In this document: positions 49,989 to 60,198 of the stretch, in pieces
How the letters are laid out: each line of letters opens with the position of its first letter
Position numbering within the stretch: position 1 is the first letter of the stretch
Assembly (NCBI GenBank): GCA_963745075.1
Contig: CAVUWV010000024.1
Location: 320,001 to 384,000, forward strand
Length of the DNA: 64,000 nucleotides
Source: Candidatus Hydrogenedentota bacterium
GTDB taxonomy: Bacteria > Hydrogenedentota > Hydrogenedentia > Hydrogenedentales > SLHB01
Direction of reading: 5' to 3'
Made by a program: the position numbers and the translations under genes
The notes under the pieces: model-generated
What the model was told of the DNA's origin: nothing
What the model saw: the letters and a program-made list of their open reading frames with translations, nothing else
The model's database searches: none

Positions 49989-51475
49989 TCGCGTTGCTTC
50001 GCAAGGAACTGCGGTTAGCGGCGGACGTCATGGCTGGCGCGACCGTATTCCTGTTCGCGTCGTTCCCCCTGGCGTTACTCGGAATTGCCATGCAAGGAAT
50101 CAAGCCGTTTCCCTGGATATCGGTCGTCGGCGCCGGCTGCGTCTTGAATCAATATACAATGGTGCTGACGAGTGCGCTTCTCGGCGCGGTGACGTTTGCC
50201 CGCGAACGGGAGGAAGGGAATCAGCATTTTCTCGCACTGCTTCCGCTCACGAGAGAGCGCGAATTCGCGGCGAAGATTGCGGCCTGCGTAGTCACTTGGG
50301 CCGCATTGTGGACATTGAACGTCCTCATTCTCATCGGATTCGTCACGGCTATCAGCGCGCGATTGACGCCGCTTCTGCCGTTCCTTCCACGCATGGTCGG
50401 AGTCGGCTTGACCTCCTTTGCGGCCCTGGGTGGTGCGGCATTTGCCGCGTGTTACATTCCCAGCGTAACGGGCGCGGCAGTCGCGGGCCTCTGCGCGGTG
50501 GCACTCGTGACCGTCGCGCGACTCTTGTGGATGAGTTTTGGGAACGCCGGAGACTACTTCAGCATCCCATTTCTTGTGTTGCTCGGGATCTTGGGGACGT
50601 TAGGACTCGCCATCTCCACCAGAACGTTCTGGCGCGATCGTGCCGCAGATGCTGTCGTATTGGCGCCTGCCAGGCGGACCTCATATCGGATGCCCTCTCG
50701 CGCTCCGGGGAATGCGTGGGGAATTACCCGTGCCCTACTCTGGAAAGACGCCCGGCTGCAACGGCCCGCGTTGCTATCCGGATTCGCGCTCGTCTGCTTG
50801 CCCTATATTGCGGCCGCTGGAAACGCGATTCTCTCTCCCGATGCGGCGTCCGGTTTCCGCGTTGCCAGTCTTGTCTCCATCGCCTTGGGTTGGATCGTCC
50901 TGCCATTGTGGAGCGCGAGCGGCCTTGCGGGCGAGTGGGAGTCCTCCTCCCATCAGTTTCTGGCATACCTTCCCGTCTCATCAAGGCGGGTCGCCGCGGC
51001 CAAGTTCTCCATTGCGTTTCTCCCATCGCTACTCGTGTTTCTTACGGGCGTAGCGAGTTTTGCCGTCGCGCAATACGCCATTACCGGCATTTCGCCCGCG
51101 CGTCTCTCCACGTCGTGGGACGCGTTCAGTGAAACCGGCTTTGTCACCGGCGCGGTGGCCTATTCCTGTGCGTTACCCGTCACGTTCGCCACGGCGTGGT
51201 TTTTCGCCGCCCGCTTGAAACGCAAGATCGTGGCAATTGTTCTCGGCATACTGTCCGGCCCCTTGGCCATGGCTTCATGGGCGATTACCGGCGCACCCGG
51301 CGGTTACGTTGTCGAGCATTTCTCTCCGCTGCAGACTCTCGCAATTCACGCCACGATTTGGGTTGTTGTATCGGGAATACTAACCGTTGCGGGTGTGAAG
51401 CAATGCTCGAATCGCGATCGCGCGCGGGTAAGGCCTCTGTTCTGCAATAGCGGTCGGTTCACAGGCTCAAGGTAG
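49985..51475 (+). CDS. ABC-2 type permease (two tandem permease halves)
   Basis: ALLRKELR...AREREEG..FL..LP and ALLWKDAR...GEWESS..FL..LP; many TM helices. Confidence 0.85.
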   Translation: MIALLRKELRLAADVMAGATVFLFASFPLALLGIAMQGIKPFPWISVVGAGCVLNQYTMVLTSALLGAVTFAREREEGNQHFLALLPLTREREFAAKIAACVVTWAALWTLNVLILIGFVTAISARLTPLLPFLPRMVGVGLTSFAALGGAAFAACYIPSVTGAAVAGLCAVALVTVARLLWMSFGNAGDYFSIPFLVLLGILGTLGLAISTRTFWRDRAADAVVLAPARRTSYRMPSRAPGNAWGITRALLWKDARLQRPALLSGFALVCLPYIAAAGNAILSPDAASGFRVASLVSIALGWIVLPLWSASGLAGEWESSSHQFLAYLPVSSRRVAAAKFSIAFLPSLLVFLTGVASFAVAQYAITGISPARLSTSWDAFSETGFVTGAVAYSCALPVTFATAWFFAARLKRKIVAIVLGILSGPLAMASWAITGAPGGYVVEHFSPLQTLAIHATIWVVVSGILTVAGVKQCSNRDRARVRPLFCNSGRFTGSR

Positions 51476-51519
51476 CGATGCGCTTCGGTCGGGAGCGTAA
51501 TGCGTAGGCGAACCCCCGG

Positions 51520-53154
51520 CTACTGCTTCGGCGGCCCGAGCAATAACGCATGATAGCGGTCGGGAGGAACGGGGCCGAAGGCGTACGGCATTGGACCCCA
51601 ACTCGACGAGTAGAATCCCGCGCCGAGGGAAGTGCACATGAGGGCGAGCCCATGGGTCGCATCAACTTCCGAGGTCTTCACGCCATATACGTACTGCTCC
51701 GGCAATTGCCGGATGTTCGCGTTATTCTGCGGCACGACGAGGTAGTCGCCGGCCCGATACTGGGGACGATCGAAATCAAAGGCCTTCGCGCCGGCCAATT
51801 GCATGTAATACTGAAACCCCCAGTGCCCTTGAAAGAGGACGACCCCCTGCGTGTTCCCGCCCGAACCGTATCGGCGCGCGGTATCCCGCGCGGACTGCGC
51901 CCACGCATAATCCGCCCATGCCACCGCAACGGCCAATGCGACGGACAACGCAAACGCCGGCCAAATGCGCCAGCGAACCGCAGCGGCGCCACCCCGCCGA
52001 TCAATGCGCCGCGCGAGCAGAATCGCGGCGGGCGCGGCAATCGGCAACAAGCTCCGTGCGGTCACACTCCAATTCGTCACGACTGCGAAGAACAGCGTTC
52101 CCACGGCCCACAACGCCAGGAGAAGCGAGCCCGCATCGCGTGCCCGGCGCGCGTCATCGATGAGGAGAAGCACAAGGTGAAGACCCCCGAGGACCATCAC
52201 GGCACACTGTGCCACGCTGAACCACGGTAGCGGTTCTTCGCGCCCATGAAACTCAAACACGCAAACGCCAAGAACCGTTGCCAGCGCGGGAATCCAGCGA
52301 AGCACCCGTCCGGGCCAAACCACGGGCACAAAAAATACGAGAAATGCCGCGCAGCCTCCGGTAAAGGCCAGGCCGCTAATCCACTGCTCGTGCCAGGGCA
52401 CGGACCCCAAGGCGCGCGCGTTTTCCGCGACGGTCGCGGCATTGACGAATATCGATCGTCCATAAAGGGCGTACGTGCACAGCTGCTCGGCGACAAACCC
52501 CAGCACCGGGATCAGTAACGGCACAATCCACCACCCTGCACGTCGGCGCACAACGACCGTATACACGAGCAGCAATGGCGCCGCTGCAAGTCCGAAGTAC
52601 TTCGCCCCTCCCGCCGCCGCCGCGGCGATACCGGCTGCGAAAAACCACCGGTTCCGGCCGCTATCCAGCCCGGTCATCCACAGGGCGATGGCGGAAACGA
52701 AGAACGCAGTCATCGGGAGATCGAGCATGATGTTGGAAGCGCAGACCATCGTTACGGGGCAAAGTTGTGCGAGTAACGTCGCAAAAATCGGCCGTTGCGT
52801 TAGCCGGGAGGCGACGAAGAAGACGCTGACGCTCAGCAGCACGGCGAATCCGGCGTACAGCACGTGCAGCGAAATCTCGCTCCAACCGAACACCGTGGCC
52901 CACACGGCAAGCAGGTACGGCACCAACGGGGGGCTCGCGTGCATGGCGTAGACCGGCATCTCCCGTCCATACCAGTTGATCTGCGCCCCGTAGAAGTCGA
53001 ACGGATGCGATTGAATGTATTGCCCGACCCAGATGTAGAACGGGTCATCGATGTGAAAGGCCTTCGCACAGAATGGCAGGACACTCGCCAGCGTGACCGC
53101 CGCACAAAGAGCTGCCCGATGTTTCCGTCCCCAGTTCCATGACTTTCGCACCAT
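51520..53154 (-). CDS. ArnT/GT39-like membrane glycosyltransferase
   Basis: FHIDDP, SPPLVPYL, MLDLP, AKY, ARSLLP; multi-TM; start uncertain. Confidence 0.8.
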   Translation of the reverse strand: MVRKSWNWGRKHRAALCAAVTLASVLPFCAKAFHIDDPFYIWVGQYIQSHPFDFYGAQINWYGREMPVYAMHASPPLVPYLLAVWATVFGWSEISLHVLYAGFAVLLSVSVFFVASRLTQRPIFATLLAQLCPVTMVCASNIMLDLPMTAFFVSAIALWMTGLDSGRNRWFFAAGIAAAAAGGAKYFGLAAAPLLLVYTVVVRRRAGWWIVPLLIPVLGFVAEQLCTYALYGRSIFVNAATVAENARALGSVPWHEQWISGLAFTGGCAAFLVFFVPVVWPGRVLRWIPALATVLGVCVFEFHGREEPLPWFSVAQCAVMVLGGLHLVLLLIDDARRARDAGSLLLALWAVGTLFFAVVTNWSVTARSLLPIAAPAAILLARRIDRRGGAAAVRWRIWPAFALSVALAVAVAWADYAWAQSARDTARRYGSGGNTQGVVLFQGHWGFQYYMQLAGAKAFDFDRPQYRAGDYLVVPQNNANIRQLPEQYVYGVKTSEVDATHGLALMCTSLGAGFYSSSWGPMPYAFGPVPPDRYHALLLGPPKQ

Positions 53155-53250
53155 GCCGCGCGCGTTCCCTTGTACCATTTGCTGCGGGCGAGCATACCAC
53201 ATCCGTTCGGAAACACTCGTTCGCCGCGTACGGCTCGTTATCCATCCGGA

Positions 53251-56130
53251 TCACGAATCGATCAGGTCGCGAACTTTGCGCAAGAGTTCGTTGCGCTTAT
53301 AGGGCTTTTGAATGAAATGCTCGTGATCGATGGATTCGGTCTCGCCGTTCACCCGTTGTTCGGGGTAACCACTCGCGAACAAGGCCCGGACATCGGGTCG
53401 TATCGTTCGCATTTCGCGAAGCACACTGTGTCCTCCCAGCTTAGGCATGATGACGTTAAGAATCACCAAGTCCGTCTCGTGGGCGCGATGCGCAAAGACC
53501 CGTACCGCTTCCTCGCCGTCACGAGCGACGATCACCCGATATCCGGCACTCGTCAGGATGTGTTCTGCCAGGTCCCGCACGTGATCGTCATCCTCTGCCA
53601 CGAGAATGGTCTCTTCGCCGCCTCGGACCGGCGTTTCCGCGTTGCTCTCCGCGATCGAAGCCTCATCATCGACAGCCGGAAGATAGATTTGGAATGTCGA
53701 GCCTTTGTTCGGTTCACTTAGCGCTCGTACCACCCCGAGATGCTGGTCGACGATCCCATACACCATGGCCAGCCCCAACCCCGTGCCTTTTCCGACTTCC
53801 TTCGTCGTGAAGAAGGGTTCGAACACCCGTTCGAGTGTCGCCTTGTCCATACCAAGTCCCGTGTCCCTGACACTGAGCACTACATACGGTCCTGCCGTCG
53901 CGGTTCCGTGCGCATCACAAAACTCGTTATCGAGCGTCACGTTCTGTGTCATGATGGAAATGCTGCCGCCATCGGGCATTGCGTCACGCGCGTTCACACA
54001 CAAATTCATAAGAACCTGTTCGATCTGCCCACGGTCGCCATAAATGGTGTTCAGATCTCGGCCGGGACTGAATTCCATCCGGATATTCTCTCCGATGACG
54101 CGGCGTACCAGCTTGAGTAAATCGGAAATGACTTCGTTGAGGTCGAGGGGCATCGAATCCATAACCTGCCTGCGGCTGAACGTCAGAAGCTGCCGCGTCA
54201 GGGTCGCCGCACGTTCCGCCGCGTTGGCAACCTCGTCCAGCGCTTGCCGGTTGGCGTCGCCCGGCGAAAGACTGGAGAGCGCGATTTCCGTGTATCCCTG
54301 GATTACTTGGAGCAGGTTGTTGAAATCATGCGCGACCCCGCCGGCCAGCTTGCCCACCGCTTCCATACGCTGTGCGTGTCGCAACTGCCGTTCGAGCTCG
54401 ATTTCACGGGTGATGTCGCGCTTCACGGCAACGTAGTTTATCGTTTTGCCCGCGGTGTCAAATACCGGTGATACGGTCGCCTCTTCGGTGTAGATCGTGC
54501 CGTCTTTCTTCTTGTTGATGAATCGACCATGCCATGTCTTGCCAGAGCATATCGTGTCCCAAAGCTTAGCGTAGAAAGCGGTATCGTGGCGGCCGCTGTT
54601 CAGAATCCGGGGGTTCTCGCCGATCGCCTCCTCCCGCGTATATCCCGTCGTGATAGTAAACGCCGGGTTCACGTATTGAATGAGTCCATCCACGTCCGTG
54701 ACGAGGACAGTTTCTGCGGCTTGCTCGATCGCCGACATGAGCCGGTCCCGTTCGGCGGCGGCGAGTTTTCGTTCCGTGATATCGCGATAGGCGATGACGA
54801 CACGGACGTCACCATCGGGATCGACGACTCCCTGGCCGACGGCTTCCACCGTTATCCACTGGCCATCCCGGTGGCGGAGCCGGAATTCCAACGTATGCGC
54901 CACGCCGGGATAGCGGGCCCCGTTCTCAATGGCTTCTCGTGTGCGGCCAACGTCATCGGGGTGGACCAGTTCGAACGAGTTCCGGCCCAGGTTCTTGCTG
55001 CGTTCGTATCCGAGCACGCGTTCAACCGATGGACTTGCAAACGATATCGTTCCATCCGGAGAAATAACCGTCACCACATCGGATACGTTTTCGATGAGAT
55101 GGCGGAAATGCTCTTCCCGGTGTCGAAGCAACTCTTCCGCGCGCTTTCGTCTCGTGACATCGATCGAAATACCCAATATCGCTTTACCCGGAGACACGTG
55201 TGTCACGAAAGGAATCTTCGTCGTTTCTTCGATATGGCGATTCCCATATTGATCGGTGTAGCTGTGTTCTCGCCGGAAAATTCGCTTTCCGTTCTTCAGC
55301 ACTTCCTCGTCTTCCGCGAGCAGCACCCGCGCCTCTTCCTCCAGGGGCGTCAGCTCTTCCTGCGTTTTTCCCACCGCATGGTCTGGCGTTGTCCCCATCA
55401 ATTCCGCGCTCCGGCGATTCACGAAAATGAAACGGCTGTCCTCGTCTTTGGCATAGATTGACTCCGGCACGAGATCGATGACCTGTCGTAGCGTGGTCTG
55501 ATTCTCGCGAAGCGTGGTGACAAGCTCGCCCGTCGACTGGATGCTGCTCTCGAGGGTCTCCAGAAACGTCGCGAGTATCCGAATGATCATCGAAGATAGA
55601 AGCACGAGCATCACAACAAACATGATCCAGGTCCATGGATCCAATGAGATGGATTGCGATTGTCGCACGGGAACAATCAGACCCGTCAGGTACGCGTACC
55701 CGAACGACATGGACAAGACGATGCAGGCGGCCCAATGCACCACGCTGGTACGGGGACGGTAAAAGAGCGTCGAGAAGACCAGCAGAACCAGGAGCGCCGG
55801 GCCGGCCATGCTGTACGCGCCATACATGGTCAATTCAGATAATGCCAGCGCATAGAAGATTGCGACGATCAACGAGACCCGTAAGCGGTACCCCAGTCGG
55901 ACCCACAACGCCGCGGTAAGCCCAATGCCGTACAGCGCAATGTAGAATGGGATCAATGTAAACCGTTTGTCGCTAAGTTCAGAAAAGACGGAGCCCGCAA
56001 GGGCCAGGATTCCCAGGAGCGCCAGCGGCAAGAAGGTTCGCCGCAAGGCTTTCTCACGAAACTCATATAGGCTTGAGAACGGTTCGCCGGGTGGGACCTG
56101 CACGTTCTTAGGTTCCTTATCGCCTGCCAT
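53251..56130 (-). CDS. Membrane-bound hybrid sensor histidine kinase with three PAS domains and a receiver
   Basis: LAGGVAHDFNNLL, MNLCVNARDAM, EPFFTTK, GTGLGL; C-terminal receiver VAEDD...LNVIMP...QKP. Confidence 0.95.
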   Translation of the reverse strand: MAGDKEPKNVQVPPGEPFSSLYEFREKALRRTFLPLALLGILALAGSVFSELSDKRFTLIPFYIALYGIGLTAALWVRLGYRLRVSLIVAIFYALALSELTMYGAYSMAGPALLVLLVFSTLFYRPRTSVVHWAACIVLSMSFGYAYLTGLIVPVRQSQSISLDPWTWIMFVVMLVLLSSMIIRILATFLETLESSIQSTGELVTTLRENQTTLRQVIDLVPESIYAKDEDSRFIFVNRRSAELMGTTPDHAVGKTQEELTPLEEEARVLLAEDEEVLKNGKRIFRREHSYTDQYGNRHIEETTKIPFVTHVSPGKAILGISIDVTRRKRAEELLRHREEHFRHLIENVSDVVTVISPDGTISFASPSVERVLGYERSKNLGRNSFELVHPDDVGRTREAIENGARYPGVAHTLEFRLRHRDGQWITVEAVGQGVVDPDGDVRVVIAYRDITERKLAAAERDRLMSAIEQAAETVLVTDVDGLIQYVNPAFTITTGYTREEAIGENPRILNSGRHDTAFYAKLWDTICSGKTWHGRFINKKKDGTIYTEEATVSPVFDTAGKTINYVAVKRDITREIELERQLRHAQRMEAVGKLAGGVAHDFNNLLQVIQGYTEIALSSLSPGDANRQALDEVANAAERAATLTRQLLTFSRRQVMDSMPLDLNEVISDLLKLVRRVIGENIRMEFSPGRDLNTIYGDRGQIEQVLMNLCVNARDAMPDGGSISIMTQNVTLDNEFCDAHGTATAGPYVVLSVRDTGLGMDKATLERVFEPFFTTKEVGKGTGLGLAMVYGIVDQHLGVVRALSEPNKGSTFQIYLPAVDDEASIAESNAETPVRGGEETILVAEDDDHVRDLAEHILTSAGYRVIVARDGEEAVRVFAHRAHETDLVILNVIMPKLGGHSVLREMRTIRPDVRALFASGYPEQRVNGETESIDHEHFIQKPYKRNELLRKVRDLIDS

Positions 56131-56586
56131 GCCAACACACTCTCCAAACCTGCGCGGATAGACCTGACTCCCGCGGCGGCTTGCCTCAACTCCGGCGAAC
56201 CGGATTACACACGTCACCTGCTCCAAGTACGTCTTACGGCTGGGGAATCACACCTGCGGAATCGAACGCTGAACGCACGCCGCGCACGACAGGGAGACTC
56301 ATGATTCTTACATTACCCGTCAGGGCGTCCGCATGCGCGGTCTGGAATAGCCCGCCTCGAGGAAGGTTGCGACGCGCTCCCCCAAAATGTCCATACCGCG
56401 CAAATCATACCGTGCCAAAACTGCGAAACTCAAACCGTCGCAGCCGGTTCCGGACGCTTCCGATCGCTCGCGGTCGCGCGTGGCGCTCCGTCGTTTTCCA
56501 GTGGGAAGGAAATACGAATCCCCGTAATCCAGCCAAAACCGACCGGCACGCAGGGCATCAAGAAGCGGGGGAGGGGAGGTCGCCGC

Positions 56587-57495
56587 CTACTCCGATTCCG
56601 AGGCAATAAAGTCCCGCACGGCGTTGGCCTGAGGCCGGTGACCGTCGATCAGAACCGCTGCCAGGATGGAATACCCCGACAGCTTTCCCTTTTCGACCAA
56701 TTGGGCGATGCCTTCCATCTGGCGTTTGACCAGGTCGACGGGAACCGGCGCCACCTTCGTATAGTCGCGGAGATAGACGCCCATGACGATTGGCTTGTCC
56801 GGAAACAACGCTCGGCACTGGTCCACATACTCCGGCATGTGGACGATGTCTTCCGACTTCCAGATCCACAGCGTCACTACATCGATGTGAGGTCGCATCG
56901 CGGTCCAGAAATCCGCCTCCTCAAATTCGTGCGTGTACACCACCGTCCAAAGTTTGAGCGTGGGGTTCAATTCCCGGATGTCGGCGCGGATGTCGCCGAA
57001 CTCCCTCGGACCATACTCGAATCGATGCATCAGACCCAGGAGGTCGTCGCAATAGACTCCCGTGACGTTCTGAAACTGCTTGGCCAATTGCGCAACCTTC
57101 TCACCTTCAGCCCGGACCGTGGACGGGTCGCTCGTGGCTTTGCATACCGGCCGGCCATTCTCGTCCCACACCCAGCCCCATTTGCTGATATCGCACGTAA
57201 CTTCGTCGTAATCCTTCAGCAGATCGAGAGCATATTCATCATTCGGGTGAAACAGAAAGTTGGCCCGCGACAGACCGAAATAGCGCGCGCCCTGACCCAG
57301 GCCGTAAATCGAAGGCGGTACCCCAGGGTCGATACCCTGGCCTTCCCAGACCCATCCAATGTCGCGAAAGGTTGGTTTGTCGGAGATTTCAGTCCCGGCA
57401 ACGTTTGTCTGCGGTTCCGCACCCTCCGCCCGGCCCGCCAAACCAAGCGCTGCCCCGCCAAGGGACATTGCCTCGATAAACTCGCGACGTTTCAT
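56587..57495 (-). CDS. Tat-exported hypothetical protein (possible TIM barrel)
   Basis: MKRREFI Tat signal after GGAGG; GVYCDD, PDKPIVMGVY. Confidence 0.8.
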   Translation of the reverse strand: MKRREFIEAMSLGGAALGLAGRAEGAEPQTNVAGTEISDKPTFRDIGWVWEGQGIDPGVPPSIYGLGQGARYFGLSRANFLFHPNDEYALDLLKDYDEVTCDISKWGWVWDENGRPVCKATSDPSTVRAEGEKVAQLAKQFQNVTGVYCDDLLGLMHRFEYGPREFGDIRADIRELNPTLKLWTVVYTHEFEEADFWTAMRPHIDVVTLWIWKSEDIVHMPEYVDQCRALFPDKPIVMGVYLRDYTKVAPVPVDLVKRQMEGIAQLVEKGKLSGYSILAAVLIDGHRPQANAVRDFIASESE

Positions 57496-58181
57496 GAAAA
57501 CCTCCATCCGAGAGAAATCATCCTGTCCCCACCACACAAGTTAATCCTGGAAACAGACTCCGTCGTCCTGCTGATTGTTGCCGCGCCACATATCCAGTCT
57601 ACTTGGGCGTAACAATAAGCGCCAATCGGATCGCCCCCGCGCGCTTCCCACGCCGTCTGCCCCGCCAACCGGGTCGGTAGCTTGTCTCAGAATCCGTGCC
57701 GATCTCTTCCGTTATGGTTCACGCATTTCGTGTGCTTGTCCACCGTCCATCAAGGATAGCAGATCCAGTTCTGCGGACAGCGGGTTTTGCGTTAGCGCAT
57801 CGTTTTTCTTCCGTATCGAAACGGATCGATCGCATAGATCATATACGGGTCTGCGATCCGCAATCGGAAGCGCCGGCGTGGCGCCAAGCGCCGTATCGCA
57901 AATAAATACCGCAAATGCCGCTGGCATACGGATTGCTCTCCCATTCGCGAAGGCAATCCTCGATCGTTCGAGAGAGAATGGCGCAGTCAGCTTCCACGAA
58001 GTTTGAGAAACCGCTCAAGACAACTACGTGCGAGTGGTGTATTTTGGCAAGCTAGTCCGCATTTCTCACCGTAGGTACGCGGTAGGTGTGTCGTGCGTGT
58101 GACAATTCCGGGCTAGAGAAAGTATTTCGTCGCACGAATACGACCGCAACCAGCGTTACGGCGCATAACGAGGAGCGTCCC

Positions 58182-58337
58182 ATGCTTGGAATGATTCTGC
58201 TAATCGTGCTGATCCTTTTACTTGTCGGGTCCGTCCCGACGTGGCCATACGCACGTACCTGGGGTTATTACCCCAGCAGCGGTATCGGCGTGATCCTGGT
58301 GATCGTAATCATTCTGATCCTGCTGCGCGTCATATAG
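58182..58337 (+). CDS. DUF3309 family small membrane protein
   Basis: MLGMILLIVLILLLVGSVPTWPYARTWGYYPSSGIG; GAGGAG RBS. Confidence 0.9.
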   Translation: MLGMILLIVLILLLVGSVPTWPYARTWGYYPSSGIGVILVIVIILILLRVI

Positions 58338-58544
58338 AAAATAGCGGGACATCCATACGTAATTCTTCTTTCGTGGGCTCCATGGTCCGGGTTTGCGCAG
58401 GGATCGCTCGAGTTGTTCTTCAATGCGGCGAACCCCGAGTGCACATAAATAAGTCCGCAGCTAAGAGCAATGGCCTGTTCCCTTGAAACTGTACCAGTAG
58501 GAGTGAGAGAAATCGTAGGCATTTAAGCCGAGGAGGACTCTCAG

Positions 58545-58811
58545 ATGAAGGGAAAGCGGTATAGCGAGGAGCAGATTGTCCGGATCTTGAAGGAGGTCGA
58601 AGGGGGCAAGCCGGTGGCGGAGGTGTGCCGGGAGCACGGGGTTTCGGAGCAGTCGGTTTACCGGTGGCGAACGAAGTATGGTGGCATGGACGTATCGGAC
58701 GTTCAGCGGCTCAAGCAACTGGAAGACGAGAACAGCCGGTTGAAGAAGCTGGTGGCGGACCAGGCCCTGGATATCCAGCTTTTGAAGGAGATTAACGCAA
58801 AAAAGTGGTAG
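58545..58811 (+). CDS. IS3 family transposase OrfA
   Basis: MKGKRYSEEQIVRILKE...YRWRTKYGG...ENSRLKKLVAD. Confidence 0.93.
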   Translation: MKGKRYSEEQIVRILKEVEGGKPVAEVCREHGVSEQSVYRWRTKYGGMDVSDVQRLKQLEDENSRLKKLVADQALDIQLLKEINAKKW

Positions 58812-59408
58812 GCCCCGCGGCCAAACGGGACGTGGCCAAGGATTTGGTGAAGCGGGGCAGATGCAGTGAACGCCGTGCGTGCGCATTGATGGATGCGCCA
58901 CGGATGACGGTGCGGTATGAACGGCGCGTTCGGAGCGATGAGGCGGCGTTGCGCAAGCGCATCCGCCAGCTTGCCAAGAAGCACCCGCGCTACGGAGTGC
59001 GCCGGGTCTTGGCGAAACTGAAACGCGAGGGATGGCGGGTAAACCGGAAACGGGTACATCGGCTTTGGAAGGAAGAAGGGTTGCAGCGTAGACGAAAGAG
59101 CAAGCGGAAACGGGCCTGTGGGCCTACGCCGGACGTTCCCATGAAGGCCGAGTATCCCAATCACGTGTGGAGCTACGACTTCATCGAAGACCGCACGGAA
59201 CGCGGTGGCAAGCTGCGCATGCTCAACGTGCTGGACGAGTATACGCGGGAGTGCCATCACATTCGCGTCGACCGTTCCATTGGGGCGGCCAAAGTCATCG
59301 CGTCGTTGGAGTGGCTGTTTCTGCTCCATGGCGCACCCCGATACATCCGCTCGGATAATGGCCCCGAACTGGTCGCCAAGGCACTCCAATCGTGGCTCGC
59401 CGAGCGCA
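58805..59408 (+). pseudogene. IS3 family transposase OrfB, truncated before the catalytic Glu
   Basis: YGVRR, VNRKRVHRL, PNHVWSYDF, RSDNGPE present; the PxxNxxxESFN segment is absent. Confidence 0.88.
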
Positions 59409-59424
59409 GAAATTTAGGGACAGA

Positions 59425-60198
59425 CTACGAATTAACATCTTCCTTTCCACTTCCACCGGTTCGCTTGGGCTTGCGGCCGCGTTTCGCGGGGCGGAGGAGG
59501 CGGCCTAGGAGATTTTCCAGTTGGGCCACGAATCGGCTCCCGCCGCAGGGGCGTCCGGTGCTGGTCTGGCGGCGAATGCGATCGACGGCATCGGGGTCGT
59601 CCTCCACACGAAGCCATTGCGCCCAGTTCTCGATAACGCCGGGCGGGGGAAACTCCTTCGATAGTAGCGGGTCCGGCTGGGTTTGGCAAGGGATTCCGGC
59701 TTCGGAAGGGACAGACCCCGTGTTTCGCTCCGAAGACTGCGCGAAAGACGGGGTCAGTCCCACGCAATGGGCGCGCGCGCTGGACCAGGGGTGGTCTTCG
59801 GCCCGGTCGACCATTCCCGCGCGGACGGGGTTGCGTTCGACGTACCGGACCGCCGCCCACAAATGGGCTTCGTCCAGCACGCACGAGTAAAAGCGCCCTT
59901 GCCACACGTGGCCGCTCAGTTGGGTGCGCGTGTTGAAACGCATGGCGTAAACGGTGTGGGCATCGCGCAACGCGTGGGCCAACGACTCCTCGCGCTCCGG
60001 CACCGCGACGAGGTGAATGTGGTTGGTCATGAGACAATACGCCCAGATGTCCAGGCCATGCCGCTCCCCGTACTTCTTGAGGAACCGCAGGTAGGCGTGG
60101 CGATCATCCTCCGTCTCAAAGACATCCGCCCGCCGATTGCCCCGCTGGGTTACGTGATGCGGATACCCCGGAACAACAACGCGTGCAACTCTGCTCAT
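59425..60198 (-). CDS. REP-associated tyrosine transposase-like protein (Y1_Tnp)
   Basis: HHVTQRGN, AYCLMTNHIHL (HUH), WQGRFYS, RYVERNPVRAG (catalytic Tyr), WSS; stop codon lies inside the inverted repeat. Confidence 0.93.
   Translation of the reverse strand: MSRVARVVVPGYPHHVTQRGNRRADVFETEDDRHAYLRFLKKYGERHGLDIWAYCLMTNHIHLVAVPEREESLAHALRDAHTVYAMRFNTRTQLSGHVWQGRFYSCVLDEAHLWAAVRYVERNPVRAGMVDRAEDHPWSSARAHCVGLTPSFAQSSERNTGSVPSEAGIPCQTQPDPLLSKEFPPPGVIENWAQWLRVEDDPDAVDRIRRQTSTGRPCGGSRFVAQLENLLGRLLRPAKRGRKPKRTGGSGKEDVNS
59708..59761. repeat. 54-bp hairpin element in frame inside the transposase gene
   Basis: gggacagaccccgtgtttcgc / gcgaaagacggggtcagtccc: 21-bp arms, 2 mismatches, 12-nt loop. Confidence 0.85.

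Larger units (their letters stand above)
58471..59408 (+). mobile_element. Truncated IS3 family element (IS407-like); right end missing
   Basis: Left end TGGCCTGTTCCC; orfA and orfB overlapping at an AAAAAAG -1 frameshift motif (58799-58805); homology stops after RSDNGPE...WLAER. Confidence 0.9.

Noticed and set aside
57540..58180. ncRNA or riboswitch in the 640-bp gap upstream of DUF3309
   Set aside because: Only scattered short hairpins; no recognisable consensus or nested architecture.
59409..59890. C-terminal 160 aa of the 361-aa ORF 58805-59890 as part of the IS3 transposase
   Set aside because: It is read-through into the antisense strand of the RAYT-like gene.
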